51,533 nucleotides of DNA from Atribacterota bacterium. Its GTDB lineage: Bacteria; Atribacterota; Phoenicimicrobiia; Phoenicimicrobiales; Phoenicimicrobiaceae. Location of the stretch: positions 1 through 51,533 of the forward strand of contig JBBRDV010000004.1 of NCBI GenBank assembly GCA_038203565.1, in the 5' to 3' direction. This document shows positions 19,526 through 28,437 of the stretch, in pieces. The notes beneath the pieces were generated by a model, which ran no database searches, was not told the DNA's origin, and worked only from the letters and a program-made list of their open reading frames with translations. Within the stretch, counting starts at the first letter, position 1. Each line of letters begins with the position of its first letter. Made by a program: the position numbers and the translations under genes.

Positions 19526-20632
19526 ATGTTAATAGAAAAAAAATCTCCTGATTTATGGCTTTTTATAGTAGTAATTTTACTTATGGCTGTTGGCCTATGT
19601 ATGGTTTTTAGTTCAAGTTACATTATGGCCTATAAATGGTATGGAGATAGTTATTATTTTTTTAAAAGACAATTAGTTTACACTATAATAGCTTTAATAG
19701 CATTTTTTTTTGCTATATATACCGATTATCATTATTATAAAAAATTTACTCTGCCTATCTTAATTTTATCCATTACATTCCTATCGATGGTATATGTTCC
19801 CAGTATCGGGAGGGCTGCCGGTGGGGCAACTAGATGGATTAAGATAGGATTTTTTTCTTTTCAGCCTTCCGAAATTGCTAAATTTGCTTTAATCCTATAT
19901 ATGGCAGAATCTTTAACCAGAAAACAAGTAGAAGATATAAAAACCTTTAGTAGAGGGATACTACCCACTTTAATTATTGTGCTAGTCATGTTTTTATTAA
20001 TCTTGAACGAACCAGATTTTAGTACTTCCCTAATTATTTTGGGCATTTCTTTTATTATGTTATTTATTGGGGGCACCAGGGTAATTCAGCTTTATGCCTT
20101 AATAGTTGCAGCAATCCCCTTGGGAATTTTAATATTATCAAGAGAAGAATATAGAAGAGTGAGATTGCTCTCCTTTTTAGATCCATGGAAAGACCCTCTG
20201 GATAGCGGGTTTCATATCATTCAATCTCTATTAGCCTTAGGGAGCGGGGGAATTTTTGGAATCGGATTGGCAGAGAGCAAACAAAAATATTTTTATCTTC
20301 CCGACCAACACACTGACTTTATCTTCTCTATAATCGGTGAGGAATTAGGGTTTATAGGTACTGTAGTAATAATTATTCTCTTTACAATATTGTTGTGGCG
20401 TGGATTCAGGATAGCCTTAAATACTTCTGACCAATTTGGAACTTTACTGGCTGCAGGTATTACCGCTATGATAGTTTTTCAAAGCATTATAAATATTGGC
20501 GTGGTAACCAAAATGATTCCCACTACTGGCATTACTTTACCCTTTATCAGCTATGGGGGTTCATCTCTAATTGTAAATATGTTTTGCGCGGGAATTTTAT
20601 TAAATATTTCCCGGTATAAAGCAATAGAATAG
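19526..20632 (+). CDS. ftsW: SEDS peptidoglycan glycosyltransferase FtsW
   Basis: FQPSEIAK, HTDFIFSIIGEELG and LPFISYGGSS motifs. Confidence 0.95.
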   Translation: MLIEKKSPDLWLFIVVILLMAVGLCMVFSSSYIMAYKWYGDSYYFFKRQLVYTIIALIAFFFAIYTDYHYYKKFTLPILILSITFLSMVYVPSIGRAAGGATRWIKIGFFSFQPSEIAKFALILYMAESLTRKQVEDIKTFSRGILPTLIIVLVMFLLILNEPDFSTSLIILGISFIMLFIGGTRVIQLYALIVAAIPLGILILSREEYRRVRLLSFLDPWKDPLDSGFHIIQSLLALGSGGIFGIGLAESKQKYFYLPDQHTDFIFSIIGEELGFIGTVVIIILFTILLWRGFRIALNTSDQFGTLLAAGITAMIVFQSIINIGVVTKMIPTTGITLPFISYGGSSLIVNMFCAGILLNISRYKAIE

Positions 20633-20644
20633 GGAGCGTAATTG

Positions 20645-21754
20645 ATGGCATTAAAGGTGATAATTTCGGGTGGTGGAACAGGGGGGCATATATATCCAGG
20701 AATCAGTTTAGCTTACGAGATAAAAGACAGAGACATAAAAAACGATATTTTATTTGTAGGAACTGAAAGGGGTATGGAATCAAAACTTGTTCCTCGGGAA
20801 GGTTTTAAAATTAAAAAAATTAAAGCCCGGGGCTTCCAACGAAAAATATGTTTTGAAAATTTAGCGGCTATGGTCATTTTTTTAGTTTCTTTATTTCAGT
20901 CATATAAAATTATAAAAAAATATAAACCGGATATAGTTATTGGAACAGGGGGCTATGTAAGCGGCTCGGTTGTTTTGATGTCCGCGATATTAGGTATTCC
21001 AACTTTTGTTCATGAGCAGAATGTATTACCCGGGATTACCAATAAATTTCTATCTCATATTACCAGAGCAACATTTTTAAGCTTTAATCAGTCAAAAAAA
21101 TATTTTAGTAATAAAGCAAAATTGATTTTTACGGGCAATCCCATACGTTTTAAAAACATTAAACAAGGCACAGACAGAGAATATAAAAAAGTTAACCTTG
21201 ATTCTTCAAAAAAAACCATATTGGTATTGGGAGGCAGCAAAGGAGCAGCCTCAATTAATAGAGCTGTTCTGGGAGGCATTGATTTAATAAAAGAGGTTAT
21301 AAAAAACGACTGGCAAATTTTGTTGATTAGCGGGCAAGATGATTATGATAACATGATGGAAATATTAGGAGAAGACCATAAAATATTTTCGGTAGAACCT
21401 TATCTGCATGATATCGAAAAAGCCTATTCTCTGGCTGATTTAGTAATCTGCCGGGCGGGAGCTACAACTTTAGCTGAGATTGGGACTTATGGGTTACCGG
21501 CAATTTTAATACCTTACCCTTATGCTACTCATGATCACCAGGGAATTAACGCTAAAATTTTTGAAAGAGAAGGGGCTGCAATATTAATTTTAGAAAAAGA
21601 TTTATCCGGAGAAAAATTAGCCCAGGTTTTACTCGATTTATTAAAAAATAAAAATAAATTAGAGATGATGGCTAAGAATAGCAGAGAATTAAGTAATGTG
21701 AATTCAGCTAAAAAAATAGTGGACTATATTTCTGATTACATTAAAAAAATATAA
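20645..21754 (+). CDS. murG: MurG GlcNAc transferase
   Basis: GGGTGGHIYP, HEQN, GGSKGA and RAGATT motifs. Confidence 0.97.
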   Translation: MALKVIISGGGTGGHIYPGISLAYEIKDRDIKNDILFVGTERGMESKLVPREGFKIKKIKARGFQRKICFENLAAMVIFLVSLFQSYKIIKKYKPDIVIGTGGYVSGSVVLMSAILGIPTFVHEQNVLPGITNKFLSHITRATFLSFNQSKKYFSNKAKLIFTGNPIRFKNIKQGTDREYKKVNLDSSKKTILVLGGSKGAASINRAVLGGIDLIKEVIKNDWQILLISGQDDYDNMMEILGEDHKIFSVEPYLHDIEKAYSLADLVICRAGATTLAEIGTYGLPAILIPYPYATHDHQGINAKIFEREGAAILILEKDLSGEKLAQVLLDLLKNKNKLEMMAKNSRELSNVNSAKKIVDYISDYIKKI

Positions 21755-21768
21755 AAAATATATAAAAA

Positions 21769-21852
21769 GTATATCGTATATCATATTTCGTATATCGAAA
21801 AAATAAAAGTGAAAAGTGGTTTTAAAAACGATATACTATATACGATATACGA
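21769..21852. repeat. Inverted pair of 7-mer tandem arrays
   Basis: GTATATC x2, ATATTTC, GTATATC at 21769-21796, facing CGATATA CTATATA CGATATA at 21829-21849. Confidence 0.8.
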
Positions 21853-21880
21853 AATAGGAATAGAGGTAGAATTATATCTG

Positions 21881-23269
21881 ATGAATGAAAAAAAATTACA
21901 TATACATTTTATTGGAATTGGCGGGGCAGGAATGAGCGGCTTAGCCTCAATTTTTCTTGATTTAGGTCATAAGATCAGTGGTTCCGATATTGTAACTTCA
22001 GAGATAACTAAAAGATTGGCTGATAAAGGTGCAACTGTTTTTATAGGTCATAATGAAGATAATGTAGAAGGGGCAGATTTAATAGTAGTTTCATCGGCAA
22101 TCTCCGAATCTAATCTAGAAATAAGAAGTGCCAAGACTAAGAAAATTAACATAATCAAAAGGGCTGAGATGCTGGCAAGACTTATGGACAATAAATATGG
22201 AATAGCCATTGCCGGTACACACGGTAAGAGTACCACTGCTTCCATGATAGGTCTATTATTAGAAAAAAACGGTTTCGATCCTACCATAGTAGTGGGAGGA
22301 GAGCTAAACAACTCTAAAAATAATGCTAAATTAGGGAAAGGAAATTATGTAGTTGTTGAAGCCGATGAAAGTGATGGTTCGTTTTTGGAATTGAATCCAC
22401 GTATAGCTATAGTTACCAACATAGAAGATGATCATTTAGATCATTATGAAAATATGGAAAATATTCTAAAAGATTTTGGAAAATTTATTAATAAAGTACC
22501 TGATAATGGACGAATCATCTGGTGCAAGGATTGCGATAATGTGAAAGAACTGGTAAAACAATATAGGAGAAGCCATATTTCTTATGGAATATTTACTGAA
22601 GCGGATTTGATGGCTAAAGATATAGAATTAGATAAGTTAAATTCTAAATCAAAAATATACTGGCGGAGTGAAAAAATCGGTGAACTTTATTTAAAGGTTG
22701 CTGGATATCACAATATTTTAAATGCTTTAGCAGCAATTGCTGTTGCCCTGGAACTGGGAATAAGTTTTAGGGAAATTGCTAAGACATTGGAAACCTTTCT
22801 GGGAGTACATAGAAGAATGGAAATTGTTGCCAGTACTGATAACAACATATTAATTATTGATGATTATGCTCATCATCCTACCGAGATTAAAGCAACTTTG
22901 AGTTCCTTAAGAAGCAGTTGGCAAGATAGAAGAATAATTGCCGTATTTCAGCCCCACCGCTACAGCAGAACCAAACTTTTAGCAGAAAAGTTTGGTAAGG
23001 CATTTTTTGACGCCGATTGTGTAATTATTGGTGATATTTATTCAGCCAATGAATCGCCGATTTCTGGAATTAGCGGAGAGACCATATTTAGGGAAATTAA
23101 AAAAGTCAACCACAGACAGATAAAATATTTGCCTTCCAAAGACAATATTTTAAGTTATTTATATGAAATTATTCAACCCGGAGATATAATAATAACTATA
23201 GGGGCGGGAGATATTTGGACAGTTAGTCAGGAATTGGCTAAAGAATTGAAGAAAACAAAGGGATTTTAA
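21881..23269 (+). CDS. murC: UDP-MurNAc--L-alanine ligase MurC
   Basis: HFIGIGGAGMSG, GTHGKSTT, EADESD, DDYAHHP and FQPHRYSR. Start moved to ATG 21881 because the upstream extension is repeat DNA. Confidence 0.96.
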   Translation: MNEKKLHIHFIGIGGAGMSGLASIFLDLGHKISGSDIVTSEITKRLADKGATVFIGHNEDNVEGADLIVVSSAISESNLEIRSAKTKKINIIKRAEMLARLMDNKYGIAIAGTHGKSTTASMIGLLLEKNGFDPTIVVGGELNNSKNNAKLGKGNYVVVEADESDGSFLELNPRIAIVTNIEDDHLDHYENMENILKDFGKFINKVPDNGRIIWCKDCDNVKELVKQYRRSHISYGIFTEADLMAKDIELDKLNSKSKIYWRSEKIGELYLKVAGYHNILNALAAIAVALELGISFREIAKTLETFLGVHRRMEIVASTDNNILIIDDYAHHPTEIKATLSSLRSSWQDRRIIAVFQPHRYSRTKLLAEKFGKAFFDADCVIIGDIYSANESPISGISGETIFREIKKVNHRQIKYLPSKDNILSYLYEIIQPGDIIITIGAGDIWTVSQELAKELKKTKGF

Positions 23270-23275
23270 TTTGAT

Positions 23276-24202
23276 TTGAAAATGAACATAAATATAGATA
23301 TTATAAAAAATGAGTGTAAAAAACAAGGAATTGACCGTATAATTAAATACTATGAGCCATTGAAAAATCATACCTCATTAGGAATTGGCGGACCTGCTGA
23401 TGTTTTTTGCAGCCCTGGCAATATCGAAGATTTAAAAAAAGTCATTTCCATTTTCAAAGAATATAATAAGCCTTTCTTGGTTCTTGGAAATGGAACAAAC
23501 TTATTGATCTTGGATAACGGGATAAGAGGTTTGGTAATCAACCTAAATAAAGATTTTAAAAAAATAGAATTTTCTGATAAAATTGTAAAAGTAGGTGCAG
23601 GAGTTTCATTAGTACACTTAAGTAAGATGGTTTTGAATAGAGAATTGAGCGGATTAGAATTTACCTGTGCTATTCCCGGGACCTTGGGCGGAGCGATAAT
23701 TAATAATGCCAGTTTTAAGGGAAATTGCATGGCAGATGTAGTACAAAATGTAACTTTTTTAAACCGAGAAAATAAAATAGAAAGAACATCCAAATCTAAT
23801 TTAAATTTTCATTATCGTGAGTGTAATTTAAAAGGTCAGCCGGTGATAATTTTAGAAGCCACTCTACTGTTGAAAAAGGGGAATAAAGAGGAAATTGAAT
23901 CTAAGATAAAACAAAATATTGAAATCAGAAAAACCAGGCAGCCTTTGGATAAATTCAGCGCGGGCAGTATATTTAAAAATCCACCGGGTTATTATGCCGG
24001 AGAATTAATAGAAAAGGTTGGAGCGAAAGGATTGTCTCAGGGCAAAGCAGAGGTCTCTGCCAGGCACGCTAATTTTATAGTAAATAATGAGGGTGCATCA
24101 GCTAGAGATATTCTATATTTAATTGAAGAGATTGAGAAAAGAGTAAAGAAAAATTTTGGAATAAAATTAGAACGAGAAATAGAAATTTTGGGAGAACCCT
24201 GA
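23276..24202 (+). CDS. murB: UDP-N-acetylmuramate dehydrogenase MurB
   Basis: IGGPAD, GNGTNLL, IPGTLGGA, SAGSIFKNP and HANFIVN motifs. Confidence 0.96.
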   Translation: MKMNINIDIIKNECKKQGIDRIIKYYEPLKNHTSLGIGGPADVFCSPGNIEDLKKVISIFKEYNKPFLVLGNGTNLLILDNGIRGLVINLNKDFKKIEFSDKIVKVGAGVSLVHLSKMVLNRELSGLEFTCAIPGTLGGAIINNASFKGNCMADVVQNVTFLNRENKIERTSKSNLNFHYRECNLKGQPVIILEATLLLKKGNKEEIESKIKQNIEIRKTRQPLDKFSAGSIFKNPPGYYAGELIEKVGAKGLSQGKAEVSARHANFIVNNEGASARDILYLIEEIEKRVKKNFGIKLEREIEILGEP

Positions 24203-24206
24203 AATT

Positions 24207-24296
24207 AGTATCGCGTATCGAGTATTGAGTATCGCGTAAAAAAAAATAGTATCGAGTATTTAGTATATAGCATATAGTTTTTAGCGTAGAGCGTAG
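24207..24296. repeat. Two degenerate 7-mer tandem arrays
   Basis: AGTATCG CGTATCG AGTATTG AGTATCG, then seven in-phase units from AGTATCG to AGCGTAG (24248-24296). Confidence 0.8.
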
Positions 24297-24373
24297 AGAG
24301 AGAAAAAAAAGAAGAAGAAAGAAGCCAGAAGAAATTCCTATATTGTATATGGCATAACATGGAGATCGGGTAG

Positions 24374-25189
24374 ATGAAAATAACTGACGAGAATGAAGAA
24401 TGGATGGAAGAAGAAGAGGAATTAGAGGAGGAGGAAGAAGAAGGAGAAAAACATCAACCTTTATCAGCAAGAGTAATCAAGATATTAGTTTTTTATTTGG
24501 CCATAGGTTTTTTAGGCTGGAATTTTTTTAATTTTATATTTAGTTCAAATTTTTGTAATATCAAAGAGGTTATTATACAAGGGAATGATTATCTAAGTGA
24601 GGATGAAATATTTTTTAATTCCGGGATAAAATTCGGCGAGAATATCTTTAAGCTAAATCTAAAAAAATCTATAAATTCTTTAAAACAAGAACCCCGGATA
24701 AAAGGGGTAGAAATAAAACGGGTAATACCCAATAAAATCGTTATTTCCTTAACAGAAAGAGAAGCAGCAGCAATTGTCCATATCGGAGAAGAATATTTTT
24801 TCTCTACTAAAGAGGGAATGGTTTTATCTAAGATTGATAGACCGGAAGAAGGATTTGCCCTGCCCCTAATATCAGGATTAGAGATTAATGAAATAAAAAT
24901 TGGAGAAATTATAGATAAACCTGAGTTTAGGACGGCATTAGAAAGTATTAATTCGGCAGAAGTGATACTGCCCAAGAAGTTTTGCCGGGTAGAAATATTA
25001 TCCCCGGATGATTTTATGATTTGCAATAAAGATGATACCTTAAAAGTGAGAGTAAATAGGTCAGAGGTGATTATTAATAAGGAGAATTTGTTAAGAGAAG
25101 CCTTGGAAAAAATTGAAAGGGAAAAATTATTAGTAGAGTATATAGATATTCGCTTTAAAGACAGTTTAGTCATAAAATTAATAAAATAA
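24374..25189 (+). CDS. ftsQ: Cell division protein FtsQ/DivIB
   Basis: TM segment plus POTRA domain (IKEVIIQGN...P..IVISLTER), YIDIRF, and synteny. Confidence 0.9.
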   Translation: MKITDENEEWMEEEEELEEEEEEGEKHQPLSARVIKILVFYLAIGFLGWNFFNFIFSSNFCNIKEVIIQGNDYLSEDEIFFNSGIKFGENIFKLNLKKSINSLKQEPRIKGVEIKRVIPNKIVISLTEREAAAIVHIGEEYFFSTKEGMVLSKIDRPEEGFALPLISGLEINEIKIGEIIDKPEFRTALESINSAEVILPKKFCRVEILSPDDFMICNKDDTLKVRVNRSEVIINKENLLREALEKIEREKLLVEYIDIRFKDSLVIKLIK

Positions 25190-25273
25190 TGTTGTAAAAT
25201 AAAAGACATCAGTCTGTTTACTTTAATTTCACAGTAGTGTATGATATTTCAAAGCATACAGGAGGTTATGAAT

Positions 25274-26512
25274 ATGGGAATGGATCAAATTGTAGTTGGC
25301 TTGGAGATAGGTTCCGGAAAAGTATGTACAGTTGTAGGTGAATTAGGTGAGGATGATCAGATAGAAATTATTGGTATAGGTACATCCCCCTCCCTAGGAA
25401 TAAGAAAAGGAATAATCATAGATTTGGAACAAGCCATCCAATCAGCAAAGGAATCTATTGAAAGCGCTGAACGTATGGCAGGGACTCGTATTAATTCTGC
25501 TTTTGTATCTATCTCAGGAAACCATATAACCTCTGTAAATAGCAAAGGAGTTATCGCTATTTCCGGAGAATCTCCAGAAATTACAGAAAACGACATTGAA
25601 AAGGTTATAGAAGCCGCCAAAGCAGGAATAGTGTCTTCTGAGAAAGAAGTAATTCATATATTAAGCCGCGAATTTATAGTTGATGGCCAAAGTGGAATAT
25701 CAGACCCTCTGGGAATGTCGGGAGCAAGATTAGAATGTAAAGTCCACATTGTAACCGGCTCAATTACCGCTGTGCAAAATTTAATTAAATGTGTAGAAGG
25801 AGCGGGATTGGATATTGAGGAGATAATTTTTGGAACCTTGGCTTCTAGTAATGCAGTTTTAAGTAATGCTGAGAAAGATTTAGGAGTTTTATTAATTGAT
25901 ATTGGTGCGGGGACTACTGAAATAGCAATTTTTACTGAAGGTGAATTGGCACATTCTGCAGTTCTACCAGTAGGAGGTATTCAGATAACTAATGATTTAG
26001 CCGTTGGTTTAAGAACTTCTATAGAAGAAGCTGAAAAGATAAAAATTAACTATGGAAGCGCAATTATAAGTAGTGTTTCTCCTGAAAAATTAGTAGAGAT
26101 TCCCAGTATAAACGGAAAGAATAACTCTAATGTATCCCAAAAGTATCTGGTAGAAATAATTGAACCCCGGGTAAGTGAGATATTTAGTTTGGTAGGAATG
26201 GAAGTTAGAAAATCTGGGTGCTACAATATGATTCCCGGAGGAATAGTTATAACCGGAGGAAGTTCTCTTCTACCCGGTATCTCAGAGGTTGCAGAACAGG
26301 TCTTAAATTTACCCTCTCGATTAGGGAGACCCCATTACGAAGGGGAGTTAGCAGACATGATAAACGATCCATCCTATTCTGAAGCAATTGGATTGTTAAG
26401 TTTTGCTACCGAAAAATATGCTATCAGAAGATCATTTCAATCGACCAAAAGAAAAACAAAAGTAAAAAATATTTTTACTAAAATCATCAGATGGTTGAAA
26501 GATTTTTTTTAA
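25274..26512 (+). CDS. ftsA: Cell division protein FtsA
   Basis: VGLEIGSGKV, IDIGAGTT, GGIQITNDLA and VITGGSS. Start chosen from the GGAGG at 25261. Confidence 0.96.
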   Translation: MGMDQIVVGLEIGSGKVCTVVGELGEDDQIEIIGIGTSPSLGIRKGIIIDLEQAIQSAKESIESAERMAGTRINSAFVSISGNHITSVNSKGVIAISGESPEITENDIEKVIEAAKAGIVSSEKEVIHILSREFIVDGQSGISDPLGMSGARLECKVHIVTGSITAVQNLIKCVEGAGLDIEEIIFGTLASSNAVLSNAEKDLGVLLIDIGAGTTEIAIFTEGELAHSAVLPVGGIQITNDLAVGLRTSIEEAEKIKINYGSAIISSVSPEKLVEIPSINGKNNSNVSQKYLVEIIEPRVSEIFSLVGMEVRKSGCYNMIPGGIVITGGSSLLPGISEVAEQVLNLPSRLGRPHYEGELADMINDPSYSEAIGLLSFATEKYAIRRSFQSTKRKTKVKNIFTKIIRWLKDFF

Positions 26513-26569
26513 TTTTTATTATCGCCTTTAAATAGGCAAATATTCCATTATTTGTGAGGAGGCTATAAA

Positions 26570-27628
26570 TTGTTTAACCTTAACAATAAAGTAGGAGAAT
26601 TTATCAATATAAAAGTAATCGGTATAGGCGGCGGCGGCGGAAATGCTGTTAATAGAATGATTGATGCAAAATTACAAGGGGTTAATTATATTTCCGCTAA
26701 TACCGATGCTCAAGTGCTAGCCTTTTCTAATGCAGAACAAAAAATACAAATCGGCAGTAGAATAACCAAAGGTTTAGGAAGTGGATCAGATCCTGAAATT
26801 GGTCGTAAAGCTGCGGAAGAAGACAAAGACAGGATTGCTAAAGCTTTAAAAGGAGCAGATATGGTATTCATCACCGCTGGAATGGGAGGTGGAACAGGAA
26901 CCGGTGGTGCCTCTATTGTTGCTCGGATATCTAAAGACTTAGGTGCTTTAACAGTGGGAGTAGTAACTAAGCCTTTTTCTTTTGAAGGCCATAAAAGGAT
27001 GAAGCAGGCTGAGGAAGGAATAAAATTATTAAAAGAATGTGTAGATACTTTAATTGTAATACCCAACGATAGATTACTTCAGATTGTTGAGGAAAATACT
27101 TCTGTATTAGATGCTTTCAAAATTGCTGATGAGGTTCTGCTGCATGGTATTCAGGGAATTACCGAAATTGTAGTCGAGCCGGGTTTAATAAATGTAGATT
27201 TTGCGGACGTAAAAATGATTATAGCAAATGCCGGTACAGCCATAATGGGAGTAGGAAGAGCCAGTGGTGAAAACCGAGCTGTAGAAGCAGCTCAAAGAGC
27301 TATAAACAGTCCAATTTTAGATACAAAAATCGATGGAGCTAAGGGGTTATTGTTTAATATCAGCGGGGGTTCAAATTTAACTCTGCATGAAGTTAATAGA
27401 GCTGCTGAAATAATTTCTAAGGCAGCTAATCCAGAAGCAAATATTATCTTTGGAGCGGTAATTAACCAAGGGTTAAATGATGAAGTAAAGGTAACGGTGA
27501 TAGCTACCGGATTTGAAACCTTAGAGAAAATCACCGAAGAACCCAAGCTTGAGGAGATTGATTTCGATAAAGACAAGATAAGTTATAATGATTTAGATAT
27601 ACCCACTTTTCTAAGGGAGAAAAAGTAA
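26570..27628 (+). CDS. ftsZ: Cell division protein FtsZ
   Basis: [27 protein letters not shown] and C-terminal LDIPTFLR. Confidence 0.98.
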   Translation: MFNLNNKVGEFINIKVIGIGGGGGNAVNRMIDAKLQGVNYISANTDAQVLAFSNAEQKIQIGSRITKGLGSGSDPEIGRKAAEEDKDRIAKALKGADMVFITAGMGGGTGTGGASIVARISKDLGALTVGVVTKPFSFEGHKRMKQAEEGIKLLKECVDTLIVIPNDRLLQIVEENTSVLDAFKIADEVLLHGIQGITEIVVEPGLINVDFADVKMIIANAGTAIMGVGRASGENRAVEAAQRAINSPILDTKIDGAKGLLFNISGGSNLTLHEVNRAAEIISKAANPEANIIFGAVINQGLNDEVKVTVIATGFETLEKITEEPKLEEIDFDKDKISYNDLDIPTFLREKK

Positions 27629-27701
27629 GGAATAGCGTATAGCAATTTCGGGGGGCGAATTACAGCCATTAACGTATAATAAATAGATTTCATTGTATGG
27701 G

Positions 27702-27730
27702 GGGGCGGATTTGTCCGCCCCTTTTTATTT
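27702..27730 (+). terminator. Intrinsic terminator of the dcw operon
   Basis: GGGGCGGA-TTTG-TCCGCCCC followed by TTTTTATTT. Confidence 0.85.
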
Positions 27731-27759
27731 ATATTTATAAAATATATAACGATTTCTTC

Positions 27760-27811
27760 TTGACATCCCATATTTAGTGTATTATTATAAATATAATTCT
27801 ACATGTAGGGG
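27760..27811 (+). promoter_or_regulatory. Sigma70 promoter overlapped by tandem NrdR boxes
   Basis: TTGACA-N17-TATTAT. NrdR-box matches ATCCCATATTTAGTGT (27765) and ATTCTACATGTAGGGG (27796) are 31 bp apart. Confidence 0.85.
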
Positions 27812-27817
27812 TGAAAG

Positions 27818-28267
27818 ATGAAGTGTCCTTATTGTGGTTATTACGATACCGGGGTAATTGAATCCAGGCACATAGAAAATGAATTAGTAGTTAGAAGAAG
27901 AAGAATTTGTAAAAAATGTAATAAAAGATTTACTACTTACGAAAGAATTGATTTAATTCCCCTGATGGTAATAAAAAAAGATGATCGGAGGGAACCTTTT
28001 TCTCGGGAAAAGATTACCAACGGAATTATCAAAGCCTGCGAAAAAAGACCAATTAGCATAGAGACTATAAATAGTTTAGTAAACAACATAGAAGATACCG
28101 TAAAAAGTGAAGAAGTGAATGAAGTTAAGAGCACTCTAATTGGAGAATTAGTTATCTCCAAATTACGAGATTTAGATGAAGTAGCTTACGTAAGATTCGC
28201 CTCGGTATACAGACAATTTAAAGATCTAAGCAGCTTCGTAAAAGAAATAAGGAAGATTAGCAAATAG
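27818..28267 (+). CDS. nrdR: Transcriptional repressor NrdR
   Basis: MKCPYC, RRRRIC..C..RFTTYE, ATP cone and VAYVRFASVYR. Confidence 0.98.
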   Translation: MKCPYCGYYDTGVIESRHIENELVVRRRRICKKCNKRFTTYERIDLIPLMVIKKDDRREPFSREKITNGIIKACEKRPISIETINSLVNNIEDTVKSEEVNEVKSTLIGELVISKLRDLDEVAYVRFASVYRQFKDLSSFVKEIRKISK

Positions 28268-28437
28268 AATAAATAGTTTATTTGTATAAGAATTCCCATT
28301 TCCCATAAACCCTAATTAGCATTTGGCAATTGGTCAATTAATATAACTGATAACTAAAACTGAAAATTATATTTAAAACTAACGACTATTCATCTAAAGA
28401 ATAATTTAACAACTATATTTTATAATGAGGTTTTAAA

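Noticed and set aside
21809-21880. N-terminal extensions on MurC (also MraZ, IleS, LivK, FtsA) in the ORF track
   Set aside because: These are longest-ORF artefacts running through repeats or operators; better RBS-supported starts lie downstream.
24589-25209. 206-aa minus-strand ORF and the other minus-strand ORFs in the track
   Set aside because: They lie antisense to well-supported conserved genes and have no recognisable motifs.
28268-28437. Possible riboswitch upstream of nrdD
   Set aside because: AT-rich with only short repeats; I could not recognise a B12 box or other aptamer motif.
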